From the NCBI GenBank assembly GCA_937885575.1, contig CALABO010000014.1, positions 84,726 through 148,725 on the forward strand: DNA of 64,000 nucleotides, read 5' to 3'. Below are positions 62,380 through 64,000 of this stretch, in pieces; position 1 is the first letter of the stretch, and each line of letters opens with the position of its first letter. This stretch comes from an uncultured Pseudomonadota bacterium (GTDB lineage Bacteria; Pseudomonadota; Alphaproteobacteria; Rs-D84). The position numbers and the translations under genes are program-made. A model generated the notes under the pieces. It did not search any database, was not told the origin of the DNA, and saw only the letters and a list, made by a program, of their open reading frames with translations.

Positions 62380-62804
62380 AAAAAATAATTTTAATTTTGT
62401 CATTGGCACTTGCGGCTTGCACTTTTCAGACGAAACATCGCGGATATGTTTTTCCGAAGGATTTGGACACCCAGGTTGCCAATATAAAAACTACAAAACA
62501 GCTAGAGGATTTAATCGGTTCGCCCCAGGTAAAGACAATTTATGGGGACGAGGTTTGGATTTATTTCGGCGAAGATGAAAACTATCATGGGCCGTTTCCA
62601 CTTACCTATGATAACAAAACAATTTTGCTTGCGTGGGTCAATGGCGCGCGTGTAACCAAGACGCAGATTTTGCACGATGATGATTTGCCGGATGTGTGTA
62701 TTGATTCGGACGAAACCGAAATCCCGGCGGCAATTGAACTGAACGCGATTCAAGAATTGTTTAATAATATTGGCCGGTTTAGTCCGGGTGCACTTGGGCA
62801 ATAA
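62376..62804 (+). CDS. bamE: outer membrane protein assembly factor BamE (SmpA/OmlA family lipoprotein)
   Basis: Lipobox LALAAC. The GYVFPKDLDTQVANIKTTKQLEDLIGSPQVK...VWIYF pattern is typical of alphaproteobacterial BamE. Confidence 0.7.
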   Translation: MKKIILILSLALAACTFQTKHRGYVFPKDLDTQVANIKTTKQLEDLIGSPQVKTIYGDEVWIYFGEDENYHGPFPLTYDNKTILLAWVNGARVTKTQILHDDDLPDVCIDSDETEIPAAIELNAIQELFNNIGRFSPGALGQ

Positions 62805-62860
62805 AAAACATGTTTGCAAAATGTACCAAAAAAGTGTAAAATTGTCACAAAGGAAGGAAT

Positions 62861-63391
62861 ATGAAGAAAATTTTATTTGCTCTTTTGATTTGTGGCAACG
62901 CGTTTGCGGGCGATTGCGGGCCGGGTTATGTCTTGGTGGAACGGGGCAAGATTGACGGTATCGCGGCCCGGGAATGCCAGAAGTTATGGTGTGTTGATTT
63001 GGAAACTGGGCGTGAAATGGGCTCTGGGGACCGTGCGGCAACCGGTTATGTCGCGACGGCCGCACCGGTGGAGTTGTGTGATACGACCGGCGAATGTGTT
63101 GAATGCTTTGGTGATCGCAAGTGGTGCACCGGTGTGCCAAAGGGTGTGTGGAACGCGGAATATGGTTCTTATACCCGTGGTGGTGTGGATTCGGCGACAT
63201 ACACGTCATCGCAAAAGGGCGGATGTTTTAGTTGGAATCTGGAAAAACCGGTATGTCCTGCGGGTGAAGATGCGATTTTGCAAGATGGCGAATGGGTTTG
63301 CGCAATCCGGGTCGAAGGTTCCGGAAATACCGGTCGCGCGCCGGCGGTGCGGCGGACGGGGACTCGTCTGCGTGGAACATTGCGTAAATAA
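62861..63391 (+). CDS. small cysteine-rich secreted protein (176 aa)
   Basis: Signal peptide MKKILFALLICGNAFA. Twelve Cys in the mature part by hand count. Arg-rich C-terminal tail RAPAVRRTGTRLRGTLRK. Confidence 0.7.
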   Translation: MKKILFALLICGNAFAGDCGPGYVLVERGKIDGIAARECQKLWCVDLETGREMGSGDRAATGYVATAAPVELCDTTGECVECFGDRKWCTGVPKGVWNAEYGSYTRGGVDSATYTSSQKGGCFSWNLEKPVCPAGEDAILQDGEWVCAIRVEGSGNTGRAPAVRRTGTRLRGTLRK

Positions 63392-63415
63392 TCCGATTTT
63401 TAGACAAGAATCTTT

Positions 63416-63449
63416 TCGGGCGATTTTTTCGCCCGATTGATTTGTTTTT
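63416..63449 (+). terminator. rho-independent terminator
   Basis: Stem TCGGGCGA / TCGCCCGA with loop TTTTT, followed by TTGATTTGTTTTT. Confidence 0.7.
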
Positions 63450-63509
63450 CAAATATTTTTATGTTATAATGGTCGCGACAGGGAGAATGGCAATAGAAAG
63501 AGTGATATT

Positions 63510-64000
63510 ATGCCAAGTAAAAAGTTAGAATTTAAAAATGGTCAGTATGTCGTTTATCCAACCCAGGGTGTTGGTAAACTTGTGCGCACCGAAGAGCAGG
63601 TTATCGGCGGACAGAAAATAAAAATGCTGGTTATCGATTTTGAAAAAAGTCGCATGACATTGCGTGTGCCGTTGGAACGTGCGGAGATTTCCGGACTGCG
63701 GCCGCTTTCGTCCGCGCGCAAGATGGACGAGGCGATTGCCGCCGCCAAGGGCAAGGCGGGGGCCAAGCGTATGATTTGGGCGCGGCGTGCGGCGCAATAC
63801 GAAGAAAACATAAATTCGGGCGACCCAATGAAGTTGGCAGAGGTTGTGCGTGACCTGCAACGGCGGAATCCGACCGATACGATCCCTTTTTCGGCGCGGC
63901 GACTTTATATGCGTGCACTTGAACGTATGGCCCAGGAATTTGCCGTTCTGCACAAAATGGATGTAGAGGCCGCATCTGAAAAAATTGAGGATATTATCGG
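63510..64000 (+). CDS. carD: CarD/CdnL family RNA-polymerase-binding transcription regulator (3-prime end beyond the window)
   Basis: Absent from the ORF track because it is open at the window edge. The translation MPSKKLEFKNGQYVVYPTQGVGKLVRTEEQVIGGQKIKMLVIDFEKSRMTLRVPLERAE...RRAAQYEENINSGDPMKLAEVVRDL matches CarD_CdnL_TRCF. Confidence 0.85.
   Translation, partial: MPSKKLEFKNGQYVVYPTQGVGKLVRTEEQVIGGQKIKMLVIDFEKSRMTLRVPLERAEISGLRPLSSARKMDEAIAAAKGKAGAKRMIWARRAAQYEENINSGDPMKLAEVVRDLQRRNPTDTIPFSARRLYMRALERMAQEFAVLHKMDVEAASEKIEDII

Noticed and set aside
1-64000. Prophage, IS or transposon, integron, restriction-modification, CRISPR-Cas, DGR, or known anti-phage defence or toxin-antitoxin genes.
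   Set aside because: I scanned all track ORFs for DDE/HUH transposase, tyrosine or serine recombinase, reverse transcriptase, Cas, methyltransferase-endonuclease pairs and common TA folds. None was recognisable. Only the compositionally odd orphan genes remain, and these are reported as findings.

Overview
This 64-kb window is chromosomal DNA from a diderm (Gram-negative) bacterium. Gene content and order (groES-groEL behind an RpoH-type promoter, tilS-ftsH, envC-ctpA, CarD/CdnL, BamE, a RodZ-like protein) suggest an alphaproteobacterium-like lineage. A pyruvate:ferredoxin oxidoreductase points to an anaerobic, possibly host-associated lifestyle. This taxonomic call is inference, not a database result. 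Most of the window is housekeeping: infA, uvrA, rlmE, tilS, ftsH, prmC, polA, pth, rpsB-tsf, tyrS, groESL, two tRNAs and cell-envelope genes, including an alpha-2-macroglobulin/PBP1C pair. Three layers of unexplained structure stand out. (1) Four large cysteine-rich secreted proteins form a paralog family that takes about 9.9 kb of the window. They come with three smaller Cys-rich secreted proteins and a cluster of outer-membrane beta-barrel genes, and I recognise no characterised family for any of them. This is my best candidate for an undescribed system, perhaps a disulfide-rich envelope or surface apparatus. (2) Two intergenic repeat families are present. One has inverted arms built from degenerate TTAGTG/TAAGTG units that flank terminators and donate stop codons to seven genes. 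The other is a GC-rich CCCCT..AGGGG hairpin, and one copy appears inserted in-frame inside polA. (3) Several oddities are scattered through the window: a stand-alone SRP54 M-domain protein, an ACP fused to an unknown Cys-rich domain, a tRNA-Leu whose hand-folded anticodon is AAG, and several AT-rich orphan genes, one of them bounded by a 22-bp direct repeat that duplicates the rlmE start. I saw no CRISPR array, transposase, integrase, reverse transcriptase or recognisable defence genes. All GC-content statements are visual estimates, not computations.
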